Assembly: GCA_951406725.2 (NCBI GenBank)
Contig: OX597839.1
Location: forward strand, 9,858,001 to 9,922,000
Length of the DNA stretch: 64,000 bases
Direction of reading: 5' to 3'
Source of the DNA: Octopus vulgaris
Lineage: Eukaryota
Part shown: piece by piece, positions 1 to 12,311 of the stretch
Numbering within the stretch: position 1 is the first letter of the stretch
How the letters are laid out: every line of letters starts with the position of its first letter
Notes under the pieces: model-generated
The model's database searches: none
The model's input: only the letters and a program-made list of their open reading frames with translations
What the model was told of the DNA's origin: nothing
Program-made: the position numbers and the translations under genes

Positions 1-390
1 CCTGTAACCTAGTGGTTTGGCAAAAGAGACCGATAGAATAAGTACTAGGCTTACAAAGAATGTGCTGGGGTTGATTAACTCGACTACAGGCGGTGCTCCA
101 GCATGGTCGCAGTCAAGTGACAAGCAAGTAAAAGAATAAAAGAATATCAGGAATCACTGCTGAGATGATTAAAATATCCAGCAGTATAGGATACAACCTA
201 GTCACCTGTGTAATTAATTGGGTTATTCAGGAAGGTGTCATCCCCAACGATTGGTGTAGTAGTATTATAGCTAGGTGCTACAAAGGTAAAGGTGATACCT
301 TAGATAGAAATACCTACAGAGGTATCAAACTGCCGGACCAGGTCGTAAAAGTTACTGGAAGAGCTATAGCTCAATTGATTAGGAATAGAA

Positions 391-620
391 TTAACCCTTT
401 TGATACCAACCCGGCCAAAACCACCTCTGGCTCAGTGGTACAAATGTCTTACTTTCATAAGTACTGAATTAAAATCTTCCACCAAACTTTAGTCACAATT
501 TATGTTCCCAACACTAGCTTAATGAAAACTAAGTTCTTTTACTAAATTCTTTGTTATATTTAAAATTAATTGAATGAAACACAGAGCATCTCAACAGAAA
601 TACAGTAATGAAAGAGTTAA
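391..620. mobile_element. piggyBac-like MITE (TTAA-flanked) inside the LINE
   Basis: Begins TTAACCCTTT and ends AAAGAGTTAA. The LINE frame resumes after it. Confidence 0.7.
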
Positions 621-1548
621 ACTAGATAAGATGCAGTTTGGTTTTGTACTTTGGAAGAGTACCACAGTTACCATCTTCCTAGTAAGACCACAGCAGGAAA
701 AGTATGTGGCCAAGAGTAAACCACTGTACTTGGTTTTCATCGACCTGGAGAAAGCTTTTGACAAAGTTCCTTGCTCTGTTATCTGGTTGTCTCTAAAAAA
801 GTTCGGAGTAGAGGAGTAGCTTGTTAGAGCTAAGTTAAGTTAATTTTTTGGCTCAAAAAGCAAAAAGCAAGGCCATGTAGAGGGACATGGAGTTATGTAC
901 AGGGAGGGTGTTCATGCAAAGAGTTCAAGCCATTTCTGGTCAAGAGAGACTTTGAACCAAGCGGTCGTCAGCATCTTTGTACAAGCCATGTACAGTGATT
1001 CTGCTAGGAAGGTGAGTCAGCCATGAATACAGTGATGAATTTAGCATAAAAGTAGGGGTCCACTAGAGCTCAGATTTCAGTTCACTCTTATTCATCATAG
1101 TCCTCCAGGCCATAACAGAGGAATTCAAAACTGGATGTCTGTGGGAATTACTATACGCTGATGACCATGTTCTTACTGCAGAATCTGTAGCAGAACAGGA
1201 AAAGAAATTCCAAGTATGAAAGCAAAACCTGGAATCAAAGGCCCTTAAAGTTAACCTAGCTAAGACCAAAGTTGTTGTTAACAAGAAAGCAGATAAGACT
1301 AATTCCATCAGGTGGATGACCCTGTTCAATCTGTAAGAAAGGAGTTGGAAGTAATTCCATTTGCTGTACCAAATGTAAGCTATAGATACATAAGAGATGC
1401 AGTGGAATCACAGGTAGATTAACAGATAAGGTCATCTTTGTGTGTGGCAGATGTGCAGGAACAATAAGCACTAAGAGCACATGGGACTTAGACTCTCTCA
1501 AATGTCCAGGAGGATCTCTCAAGATAGCAGATAGTTTCTGTTACCTAG

Positions 1549-1888
1549 GTGAACTGGCTTCCGTGCCAGTGGGCATGTAAAAGGGCACCATTCGAGCGTG
1601 ATCGTGACCAAAGTCGCTTTCTGGCACCCGTGCTGGTGGCATGCATAAAAGGATTCGAGCGAGGTCGTTGCCAGTACGGCCTGACTGGCCCCCGTGCCTG
1701 TGGCACGTAAAAAGCACCCACTACACTCTCGGAGTGGTTGGCGTTAGGAAGGGCATCCAGCTGTAGAAACTCTGCCAAATCAAGACTGGAGCCTGGTGCA
1801 GCCATCTGGTTCGCCAACGCTCAGTCAAAATCGTCCAACCCATGCTAGCATGGAAAGCGGACGTTAAACAACGATGATGATGATGATG
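1549..1888 (+). mobile_element. SINE family C ((GAT)n tail)
   Basis: Body GGCACGTAAAAAGCACCCACTACACTCTC..CCAGCTGTAGAAAC..(GAT)n. Recurs at about 5708-6300(-), 7890-8112, 23297-23716(-), 24770-25190, 34278-34650(-), 49360-49627, 53065-53256 and 57925-58013. Confidence 0.8.
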
Positions 1889-3606
1889 AGGTGATCAAAT
1901 TAGCAATAGGAGTGGATGCTCTGAAAGTATTATGTCTAGAATATGTATAAGATGGAAGTTCAGAGAGATACTAACTCCGTTGGCAACAAAGGACACTCGT
2001 TCTCTTTCTCGGGGTGAAATGTAGATTGTATGATGCTTGTGCGCGAACAGCTAAACTCCATGGTAGTGAAACTTGAGCTCTGAATGCAGATAACATGCGC
2101 AGACGAGAGAGAAATGAAGGCAGTATGCCCCACTGAAAGTGCAGTGTGAATGTGCATGAAAGACAAAGCGCAAATGTGTTAGGAGAAAATTTGGGCATAA
2201 GAAGAATCAAATGCAACATGCAAGAGACAAGACTATGTTGGTTTGGACATGTGAAACGCATGAATGAAGACAGTTGTATAAAGAAGTGCCGGTCACTGAA
2301 AGTGGATGGCACCTGTGGAAGAGGGAGACCCAAGAAGACACGGAATGATGTGGTGAGGATTGACCTCAGTAAGTTGGGACCCACAGAAGAAATGGCACTG
2401 GACCGAGATGTCTGGCGATATGAGGTTCTAGAAAAGACCCACCTACATCAGCAAACATGAGTTCTAGAAGCATTGTGTCCCACAATAAAACTTTCACACA
2501 CCCTACCTCAACAAACCAAGCTACACCCCCCACCTTCCCTCCCAAAGTTTTTCTCTCCTCTTCCTCACATTTCTTCTTCATACACTATAATTATCTCCCA
2601 TTCCCCAAACCAGTCCTTACTACCCTGTTCACTCTATTGTTGCTTCCACCATCCCGCCACCTCTACATACCCAGATTTTCACCAGTCACAGCATGCCCCC
2701 AGCCCACTCCACACTACCCTGCTCACTGCATTGCTACTTCTCTTGTCCCTTCCCCTTCTATATACCCAGATTATCTCCAGTCGCTGCATTCTCCCACTCC
2801 TGATTCCTTGGTGATACCTTGCCAGCATCTGTCGCAATTCATCTTCTTCTTTACCATCCCATCTATACCCTGATCTCCATTCCTTGCAAGCATACCCTGG
2901 CACTTGCTGGCATCCCTCTCCTGCTCTTGTTGTCTCCTACTCTCCCTCTCTCTCCCTTGCTGTCCCCTCTGGTGGAGTAATCTTGTATCTCCACTACAGC
3001 AACAAACCTGTTTCTGCCCTCATTCTTGTTCATTCTCCCTCTCTTTCTCTCCCTCTCTGGCTGGGTAACCTTGGACCTCCTCTACAGCAAGACAGCTGTT
3101 TCTGCCTCTCTTTCAACATCTGACGCAAGATCACCTCCTCTAATGCCCCATCCTCTCCCAAAGACTCTTTGTCTTGCAAAGTCAACTGGCAACCCCCACC
3201 AGTGCAGGTGTCACTTAAAAAGCACCCAGTCCACACTGTAAAGTGGTTGGCATTTTCAAAGGGATCCAGTTGTAAAGACTACACCAAAACTGATCTTACT
3301 TGTGCAAGTGCCACATAAAAAGCACTGGCCCACTCTACAGAGTAGTGGGTGTTAGGAAGGGCATCCAGCTGTAAAAACCATGCCAAAACACACCCAGAAG
3401 CATGGCGTAGCAGTCAAACCAGCCAACCCATGGCAGCATAGAAGAAGGACGTTAAACAATGATAACAATATATACATATCATTGCTGTTATGCAAAAGTG
3501 TCATAAGTCCAAAATGCTGCTTTTTCAGAAAACGAAGAAATAGTTCCACCATTCCATTTCCTTTTACATTAACAACAGTTTCAGCTTAACAATAATACTT
3601 CGTTGG

Positions 3607-3843
3607 AAGGCGGCGAGCTGGCAGAAACATTAGCACGCCGGGCGAAATACGTAGCCGTATGTCGTCTGCCGTTACGTTCTGAGTTCAAATTCCGCCGAGG
3701 TCAAATTTGCCTTTCATCCTTTCGGGGTCGATTAAATAAGTACCAGTTACTCACTGGAGTCGATGTAATCGACTTAATCTGTTTGTCTGTCCTTGTTTGT
3801 CCCCTCTGTGTTTAGTCCTTTGTGGGTAGTAAAGAAAGAAATA
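3607..3843 (+). mobile_element. SINE family B (tRNA-like head AAGGCGGCGAGCTGGCAGAA)
   Basis: A-box and B-box-like head (GAGTTCAAATTCC). Copies at about 7640-7870(-), 17555-17940(-), 27610-27808(-), 32363-32588, 37860-38040(-), 44577-44968(-), 59235-59447, 61176-61410(-) and 62165-62397(-). Confidence 0.8.
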
Positions 3844-4096
3844 ATACTTTGTTGGGTGCATAAAATCCTAACTCCATGCATGTATGATATTTTCAGTCAG
3901 AAATATTTTTTGCAAAACTATCATATGTGGATACTTGCTGTACTTTCGAAAAATGCTAAACCATTGTACTACACTTTGACAATTTTCATCTGAAACAGCT
4001 GGAGATACAACAGCTTGAGCAAAAAACAGTTTTGCAAGCAAAATTAAATACTGCTAGAACTGGTTTTAATTGATTAATATCAATTTCTACTCTTAT

Positions 4097-4177
<81 letters not shown>

Positions 4178-4212
4178 ATTTATCAAAATAAAAACATGAT
4201 GCAAAGGATTTA

Positions 4213-4299
4213 GCGGTACATATGTTTCGGGCCTTTATTAGACGGTTTATAACAATGCATAATTGATGTAAATGTGTGTCTATAGCCTTCTTCAGCCGC
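4213..4299 (-). ncRNA. Hammerhead-ribozyme-like motif (type I, minimal, Penelope-like), intact core
   Basis: Minus strand reads GCGG-CTGAAGA-AGGC...GGCCC-GAAAC-ATAT-GTA-CCGC: stem I GCGG/CCGC, CUGANGA and GAAA boxes, palindromic stem III ACATATGT, GUA cleavage triplet. Confidence 0.55.
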
Positions 4300-5197
4300 G
4301 TACAATTACTACTTCAAGGACATGTATTACATTATAAGTTTTACGTTGGGGATGCAAATCCTCATAGTCGCATACGACAGAGCAAGGCGCCAAAACAAAA
4401 TCAAAGCGTCCATCCCGTTTTTCACTCGATGTATATATATATATATATACATACACACACAAGCATATATTCTTACCACACAGCCATGCCTGAGCCTGCA
4501 TATATATAACCCACACACTGATACACATGTACAGAAGTTTAACGATGTGGTTAGTAACAGTGAGAATACACTCCAGCAAACTTTCTATAGACTCAACTGA
4601 AGGACAAAGGACCACACATCACACAGAGTAGACCCAGAATATTGCATATGAGAGAAGGAATAAGGAGAAAAAGGAGGAGTGAGAAAGAGGGGATTGATAG
4701 TGAGAGGCGTGAGAGTGAGAGGAGTGAGAAAAATCAGAGTGAGACAGAGACAAGGAGTGAGCGAAAAACAGAATGAATGAGAAAAAAAATGGAGAAATGA
4801 TAGAGAGATGGGGGGGGTTGAGGTAGGTGAGAGAGGGAAGGAGAAAAATGGTAAGATTGAGAGACAGGGTTGATGGGAAGAGAGGTAAACAAAATAGTCA
4901 ATAGACTAATTGACATAAAGTATTTATCTGTAAAGTCATCTTTAAGCATGGAACTCTTCTTAACCTTGTATTTACTCTTATAGGAATACATCTCAATTTT
5001 GACACCATCTGCTAAAAAAGAAATGAAAACAGCTGCCAATTTATGCGGGGTTTACATGTATGCATCTGTACACATGCATGTGTGTATGTGTGCGTGTGCA
5101 TAGACAGATAGATAGATATGTGTGTATGGATACACACACACACATCTGAAATGATGCTGATATTCCATATATTACAACAGAGTGATCTGAGTAGCAT

Positions 5198-5395
5198 ACT
5201 CTTTTTACTCTTTTACTTGTTTCAGTCATTTGACTGCGGCCATGCTGGAGCACCGCCTTTAGTCGAGCAAATCAACCCCGGGACTTATTCTTTGTAAGCC
5301 CAGTACTTATTCTATCGGTCTCTTTTTGCCGAACTGCTAAGTGACAGGGACATAAACACACCAGCATTGGTTGTCAAGCAATGCTAGGGGGACAA

Positions 5396-5430
<35 letters not shown>

Positions 5431-5603
5431 CATATATACGACAGGCTTCTTTCAGTTTCCGTCTACCAAATCCACTCACAAGGCATTGGTCGGCCCGGGG
5501 CTATAGCAGAAGACACTTGCCCAAGATGCCACGCAGTGGGACTGAACCCGGAACCATGTGGTTGGTAAGCTAGCTATTTACCACACAGCCACTCCTGCGC
5601 CTA
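5198..5603 (-). mobile_element. SINE family A, full length
   Basis: tRNA-like head TAGGCGCAGGAGTGGCTGTGTGGTAA..GGTTCAGTCCC, internal (TA)/(TG) tract, (AAAAGAGT)n tail. Copies at about 1-143, 11047-11330, 12619-13031, 21725-21846, 30218-30584, 35500-35848, 41690-42000, 43995-44405, 49755-50168, 54128-54525 and 55506-55903. Confidence 0.85.
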
Positions 5604-6567
5604 TGATATGTGTGTATGGATACACACACACACACATCTGAAATGATGCTGATATTCCATATATTACAACAGAGTGATCTGAGTGGCATGTGAAGCATAT
5701 GTATATATCATCATCATTGTTTAACGTCCGTTTTCCATACTGGCATGGGTTGGATGGTTTGACAGGGGTCTGGCAAGCCAGGAGGCTGCACCAGGCTCCA
5801 ATCTCATCTGGCAATGTTTCTACACCAGAATGCCCTTCCTAGTGCCAACCACTCTGAGAGTGTAGTGGGTGTCTTTTACATGCCACCGGCACAGGAGCCA
5901 GATGGGGCGAGGGGCTGGCATTGATGTTTGGATGGTGCTTTTTACATGCCACTGGCACAGAAGCCAGCACTGGCATCGGCCATGTTCGGATAGTGCTTTT
6001 TATGTGCCACCAGCAAAGAAGCCAGACATGGCAAGGGGGCTGGCATTAACCACATTTCGATGGTACTTTTTATGTGCCACCAGCACAGGAGCCAGTCAGG
6101 CAGCGCTGGCATCAGGAGCCAAACGGGGCAAGGGAGCTGGCATTAACCACGTTTCGATGGTGCTTTTTATGTGCCACCAGCACAGGAGCCAGTCAGGCTG
6201 CACTGGCAATGACCGACACATGAATGGTGCTTATTGCGTGCCACCAGCAGGGGGTCCAGTCAGGCAGCACTGGCATTAGCCACAACTACAATTTCCATTT
6301 GATTGTGTGTATGTATATATATATATATATGTAGTGAGTGTATGAGAGGAATTAGTGTCTAGAAGACACAAAGAGTGGTGGGTAACGCTAAGTACTATGG
6401 ACAGACCGCAGTTAAACTCTTGGTTCGATTCTGATACAAGTGATGAGTCCAATGTGGGTCTTGTATTAGCATGCATATTATACATATATATATATATATA
6501 TATATATGTGTGTTAGACAAAATGAGATAAAGCCAAGAGGAGTTTTCAGGACATTTATTAGGAAATA

Positions 6568-6615
6568 GTCTTCAAGCTGTTTCTGGGATATTATGGATAG
6601 CCCTTCATCAGAGAC
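6568..6615 (-). ncRNA. Degenerate hammerhead-like motif
   Basis: Minus strand reads GTCT-CTGATGA-AGGGCTATCCATAATATCCCA-GAAACAGCTTGA-AGAC. Core boxes and stem I are present; the cleavage triplet region is mutated. Confidence 0.45.
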
Positions 6616-6863
6616 GGTGTGAGATGGTTAAATAGAGGAAATATTTGAGTTCGAATTAATATGGAAAAGGAGGAGATAGGGAATATAGAGGGAATAAGAA
6701 AATGAAAGTAGAAATAAGATATATAAAGATATTGTAGTTGCAGTTCCATTATTCTATGTATATATACAGTGAATCCAAACAAAGAAGAACAAACATGAAA
6801 AACCAACAACATGAGGACATGGTGCAAGTAATGTATTATCAGACGCTCAGGAAAGAAAGAGGA

Positions 6864-6896
6864 TTTAACATTTCGAGCAAAGCTCTTCTTCAGAAA
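6864..6896 (-). ncRNA. Degenerate minimal hammerhead-like motif
   Basis: Minus strand reads TTT-CTGAAGA-AGAGC-TTT-GCTC-GAAATGTT-AAA: perfect GAGC/GCTC stem II, GAAAC changed to GAAAT. Confidence 0.45.
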
Positions 6897-7405
6897 TAGA
6901 GGAAAGTCCCAAAGAAGAGAAGATGGAGGAGGAAAATCGCCAATGATTCACATATGGTTACATTTTGAAATGACCAGAAGGGAATGGGGAAAGAAAAAGT
7001 TCTTTCTAAGACAGGAGAGTGTAAGAGAAGGAGGTATGTGTGAGTATATGCATGCGCGCAGGTCTGTGTCTGTGTAATAATAGCACATGTGTATGTATTG
7101 TGTGTGTGTGTTTGTGTGGTTTTGGCTGTTTATATGTGTATGTGTGAGTGGACTGTGTGTTGCTTGATGTCATAGGATGAATTTATAGGAGTGGCTGTAG
7201 CGTGTCTCTTGTGTATATATATATATTTGTATATGTATATATATGTATATATTTTTGTATATGTGTGTGTGTATATTTGTATATATGTGTATGTATATGT
7301 GTATATATATATGTATGTATATGTGTATATATATATATGTATGTATATTTATATGATAATGATAAAACTCAGAGCGAGTTATAAACAGTAGCAGTAACAC
7401 ATCGT

Positions 7406-7522
7406 GACGCATATTTGCCATTTGAATATGGCTAACCCCTAAGGGTGGATGCTACTGGGGCTACAAACTACAGTAGCATCCACCCTTAGGGGTTAACCAT
7501 ATCCAAATGGCAAATATGCGTC
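7406..7522. repeat. Near-perfect ~52-bp-arm hairpin
   Basis: TGACGCATATTTGCCATTTG..GGATGCTACTG pairs with CAGTAGCATCC..GGCAAATATGCGTCA, about 2 mismatches and a short loop. Confidence 0.85.
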
Positions 7523-7602
7523 ATGATATATTTATATGTATATATATTTATATATATATGAATATATATTTATATGTATATATATATGTATATATGCATA
7601 CA

Positions 7603-7643
<41 letters not shown>

Positions 7644-8149
7644 CTTCACTACCCACAAGGGGCTAAACACAGAGGGGACAAACAAGGACAGACAAACGGA
7701 TTAAGTCGATTACATCAATCCCAGTGCGTAACTGGTACTTAATTTATCGACCCCGAAAGGATGAAAGGCAAAGTCGACCTCGGCGGAATTTGAACTCAGA
7801 ACGTAACGGCAGACGAAATACGGATACGCATTTCGCCCGGCGTGCTAACGTTTCTGCCAACTCGCCACCTTGATATATATATATATATCACTTGCGAACA
7901 CCTGTTGAGGCAAGCGAAAGCATTGTCATGGCCAATGACAGTACCACCTGACTGGCACCTGTGCCAGTGGTACATAAAAAAGCACCATTCGAGTATGGCT
8001 GATGCCAGTGCCACCTGACTGATCCAGGTACAGCCTTCTTGCTTGCCAGCCTTTAGTCAAACCATCCAACCCATGCCAGCATGGAAAGCAGACATTAAAT
8101 GACGATAATGATGATATATATATATATATATACACATATACCGGCATAC

Positions 8150-9240
8150 CTCACCCTATGTCATTAATTGGTTCCAAGAAACATGACTTAAGTCGAATTA
8201 ACTTCTCTCTAGGCTAGGCCAGGCCAAATTTACTTGTCTCTAGGCTACACTGATAATAACCATTCACAGTTCTGTACTTTATTTATGAAAGCATTTCCTA
8301 TAACACATGGGTAATAAAATTCTATTTTAAGCTTACAAATAATTTTTTTTTTTAATACAGTGCAGTAAAAAAAAAAAGTAATCTAAATTAACGAATACAA
8401 TTTGGCGGTGTTTACCATACAACGCGGACACTTTATTTATGAATGCAGTTTGCAAGAAGATACGTTCTTTTGAGTCCTTGTAGCCCGGAATAGCTTTCTC
8501 CTCCTTGGAAATGAATGAATGGTCTAGCAATTTTTTCCGATACAATCCTGTTTCGTCTACATTAAAAATCTGTTTGGGAAAAAACCTGTTTTCTTCAATG
8601 ATTATCTTTAATGCATTATGAAATACCGTTGCTGCTTGTTCGTCAGCTGATGTACTTTCACCTTGCTTCTTAATGGAGTGATAACTTCTTCGCTCCTTAA
8701 ATCTCATGAACCATCCTTAACTTGCCTTGGACTCTACACCATTCTTATCTGGATATTTTTCTTCAGGCCCTCAAACAAAGACAACACTTTCTCTTGAAGG
8801 ATTTCTTGACTAAGAGTACCATGCTGATGATTCAACCTAACAATCTAAAGACAAAGAAGACTTTCCATTTCTCCAAAGATTTTGCCTCTTTTCTTATTGA
8901 CGGCAGTGTTCTTCATCCATGGGGCTTCAGATTTGATATATGATAAAATCTTGTCCTTATTATGTACAATCATCAATACAGTTGTCCAACTCATCCCAGA
9001 AGATCATGCAAGTGCTACCACTTTTTCACCCTTTTCATGGCATTTTAACATAGCCAGTTTAGCTTCCAGTGTTATAGCAATGACATTTAGCACTTTCACT
9101 ATGAATTTTCTTAGGAGCCATGGGGAGCAAAAAATAAAGTCCCAAATGAATGAGAATGAGAAAGGAGCCGATAAACAGATATAAACAAATCTGAATTCAA
9201 AACAACTGCAGGAATCACAAGCCACAATGATGCCTAAAGG
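8150..9240 (-). mobile_element. Tigger/pogo (TIGD1-like) transposase relic
   Basis: N-terminal AITLEAKLAMLKCHEKGEK (psq-type HTH) and GESTSADEQAA..QIFNVDETGLY..FISKEEKAIPGYKDSKERI. Fragmented. Confidence 0.85.
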
Positions 9241-9479
9241 TAGATACTGGAACTACAATGCAATATGAGTTCTGAAAGACTGATTAATAAGACAACACAG
9301 CTGATTCCATGATTTCGTGCACTATGGTGTGTGTCTTAACATTTACTGTGCGCATTTTAATGTGATTTTATATGCTTTTATTATTTATTGTACAGTAACA
9401 TGATTTCATGTGCTTTTAATGGTTTACTAGTGTATTGTTTAAATAACGCAAAAATGAAAATAACATTGACATCTCATTT

Positions 9480-10285
9480 TAACATATATTTACCGAAATT
9501 ACATAAAAATATCAAAGAGTAAATTTATTCAATAAAATCGCCATTGGCTTCAACCACAGCCTCCAGATGACTTTGGAATCTCCTGCAATTCTTCTGGGTG
9601 GTTTCCTTGTTAAAGTTGGTGAATGCTGCCATAATCCTTCATCTTTGGTATTACAAAGAATTTTTTGTGGTCTCTCACTCCACTGTGCCCCACATTTAAT
9701 AATGAAGGGGACTGTAGTTCGGGGATAAAGGTGGCCAGATGTTATGGGTGATGTGAGTGCAGAAATTGTCTGACAGCCATGACTGGGTTCTCCTGCTAGT
9801 GTGACATGGTGCAGAGTCCTGTTGCCAGACATAGGGTCTTCCAGCAGCCAACCTCTTGACCTAGAGCAGCAATATCTCCTCCAGGCATTTGATGTAGGCC
9901 TCCGTATTGAGTCTGAGGCAGCGTGGGAAGATGAAAGGAGGCATAATGTCACCATCACTAGTGATCAATCCAAATACCATGATATTGACTGGATGTTTGA
10001 TCTTTATAAACTCTCGGTACATGTTTTGGGGACATGGCAAACCAACGGTTGTTCTGTATGTTCACTATCTATTTGTATTGGAGCTTCAGGCATGAATGCC
10101 AAGCAGTACAGCATGTCATTTCCAAATTTCTGGTAGAGTGAATTGTGTCATGGTGCTGTTTCTCTCACAGACAGTGCCCAACTGACTCTACTATACTGTG
10201 TAGTCAGCAAAATCAAAAACAAACAATGCACATGCGCGAAATCAAAATTATAAAATGGTGACAATTTACCCATCGCACCCAGTAT
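9480..10285 (-). mobile_element. Tc1/mariner-superfamily relic
   Basis: Minus strand encodes QQDSAPCH and WPPLSPNYSPLHY, similar to DDE/D catalytic motifs. Frameshifted. Confidence 0.65.
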
Positions 10286-11219
10286 ATAAGTACTAATGGA
10301 GATTGAGAGAAATCTGAAATGCACCCATGATAAAGCAGCCTGTGCTATAGAAAATATAAAATCAAACCTGAAAGTTTGCCAAAAGAAACTGCATTAGTGC
10401 GTTACAGGGTAGGGCCACTCCTTCAAAAAGATGGCTCCCTCAAGGGAAACCCATTGAGGATATGTGAAACACTGGATGAATAATTCAAAACTGTTTTTAT
10501 CCCACCTTTATGACATTTGCAAGTCAGTAAACCTACAAATTTTTTTTACCACTACAGATGTAACAACTGATTACACCAATATAAAAGATGTAATACTGGC
10601 CATAGACAAGGGAAACCTAAAGTCAACAACTGGTCCCGGTAGTTTCCTAGCAATACTTCTAAAACCATGTAAATGAACCCTAGTAAAACCACTGCAGTCT
10701 CTCTTCTAGTTTCTTCGCAAGTTGCAAACTTCCAGGTATTTGAAGGAAAGAATATGCCCTAATCATGAAGGAGATGGCAGAGTGGGTGCCAAAAACTATG
10801 GGCCTATCTCTTTAACCTCGTATATCAGCAAAGTCATGGAACAGACAGTATGTAGGAAACTAATTGCATTCTTTGAAGAAAATGACTTGCTGACTGACAC
10901 CCAGTATGGTTTCTGACCAGGTAGAAGCTGCTTGACACAACTCTTACTACACTGTTAGTGAATGCCACTCAAATGCAGACATGATGTATCTCAACTTTGC
11001 AAAAGCTTTTGATTAAGTCAATCATAAAATGAAACATCACAAACTGAAGGAGTGGCTGTGTGGTGAGTAGCTTGCTTACCAACCACGTGGTTCCGGGTTC
11101 AGTCCCACTACGCGGCACCTTGGGTAAGTGCCTTCTACTATGGCCTCGGGCTGACCAAAGCCTTGTGTTTAGATTTGGTAGACAGAAACTGAAAGAAGCC
11201 CGTCGTATATATGTAAATA

Positions 11220-11261
<42 letters not shown>

Positions 11262-11644
11262 CATGTTTGTGTGTCTGTGTCTGTCCCTCCAACATAGCTT
11301 GACAACCGATGCTGGTGTGTTTACGTCCCCGACTGACACCCCAGTATGGTTTCTGACCAGGTAGAAAACTAGGAGAGTAGCTACATCACTTTCTAAAAGA
11401 TGAAAATCAGGTAGTGGTAATGAATGGGGGCCCACTCCAAGGAAACACAAATAGAGAGTGGTGTCCTACAGGGCACTGACTTCGGGCCAATACTCAGACA
11501 TGCAACTACTGTTCTCATATATACCCTTATCCACACGGAGAGCCACCCTCACAAACTATGCAGATGAAACAAAAGTGTCACAGGTGACATAAAATCATAA
11601 AGATGACATGCATCTGCAATATGTGTTAGATGCAATATACAAGT

Positions 11645-11963
11645 CGGTGGCGGCATTCGTCTGTCTCGAGAGACGATGGTGTAGCTCGGAAAAGGTGGTG
11701 GGTTTATCTGCACTTCCTGGTTGAGCTACAAGGCCCGGGCAGGTTTGTGTGAGGGATCAGCTGTTTCCCATGCAGTTTGACCCCCCCCCTGCATGCAGCT
11801 GGTAGCTCCAATGGAACGACGGGTCGATACAGCTTGGTACCAGATGCGTCGCAGGAGTTGCCAGTGATGACATGTTGTGTCAGGCCGCCTTAGGGACTCC
11901 AGCTCCGGATTTTCAGTCGGGGTTTACTCCCTTAGCCTTCCCCAGGAAGGGGGTCTTGCCGCA
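11645..11963 (-). mobile_element. Short non-autonomous retroelement with 11-bp TSD
   Basis: GC-rich insert flanked by AATATACAAGT on both sides. Loosely related sequences at about 50620-50790 and 57600-57750. Confidence 0.6.
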
Positions 11964-12091
11964 AATATACAAGTAGGCTGACGATAATAATATGCAGTTT
12001 AATGCAAAAAAAGTTTCAAACCCTAGGCTATCAACAGAGTTAAATACACTGGACCTGGAGGGGTCAAAAGTTCCAGAATCAACATCAGTGT

Positions 12092-12311
12092 TTAACCCTT
12101 TAGCATTTAAACTGGCCCAAATATTATACCGGTTTTATGTTTTAAACTAGCCAGATCTGACTTTGCACACTTATCCTACAATGTCATTCTAAGAATAAGC
12201 AATCACATCCTCAAAATTTCAATGCTACGATGTCTTTGCATGATTAATTCAAAACAATTTGATTACATAAGCATTACATTCGACAGAATAATCTGAATAC
12301 CAAAGAGTTAA
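12092..12311. mobile_element. piggyBac-like TTAA MITE
   Basis: TTAACCCTTTAGCAT...CAAAGAGTTAA. Same family at 36330-36557 and 59154-59600; the last has a SINE B inserted with an ~19-bp TSD. Confidence 0.75.

Larger units (their letters stand above)
140..2450 (+). mobile_element. Decayed RTE-clade LINE (RT and 3' region), interrupted by younger insertions
   Basis: Broken frames read IPNDWCSSII..YKGKGD..YRGIKL, MQFGF..FIDLEKAFDKVP, ELLYADD and RLCWFGHVKRM..GRGRPKKT, which are standard non-LTR RT and C-terminal motifs. Stops and frameshifts throughout. Confidence 0.85.
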
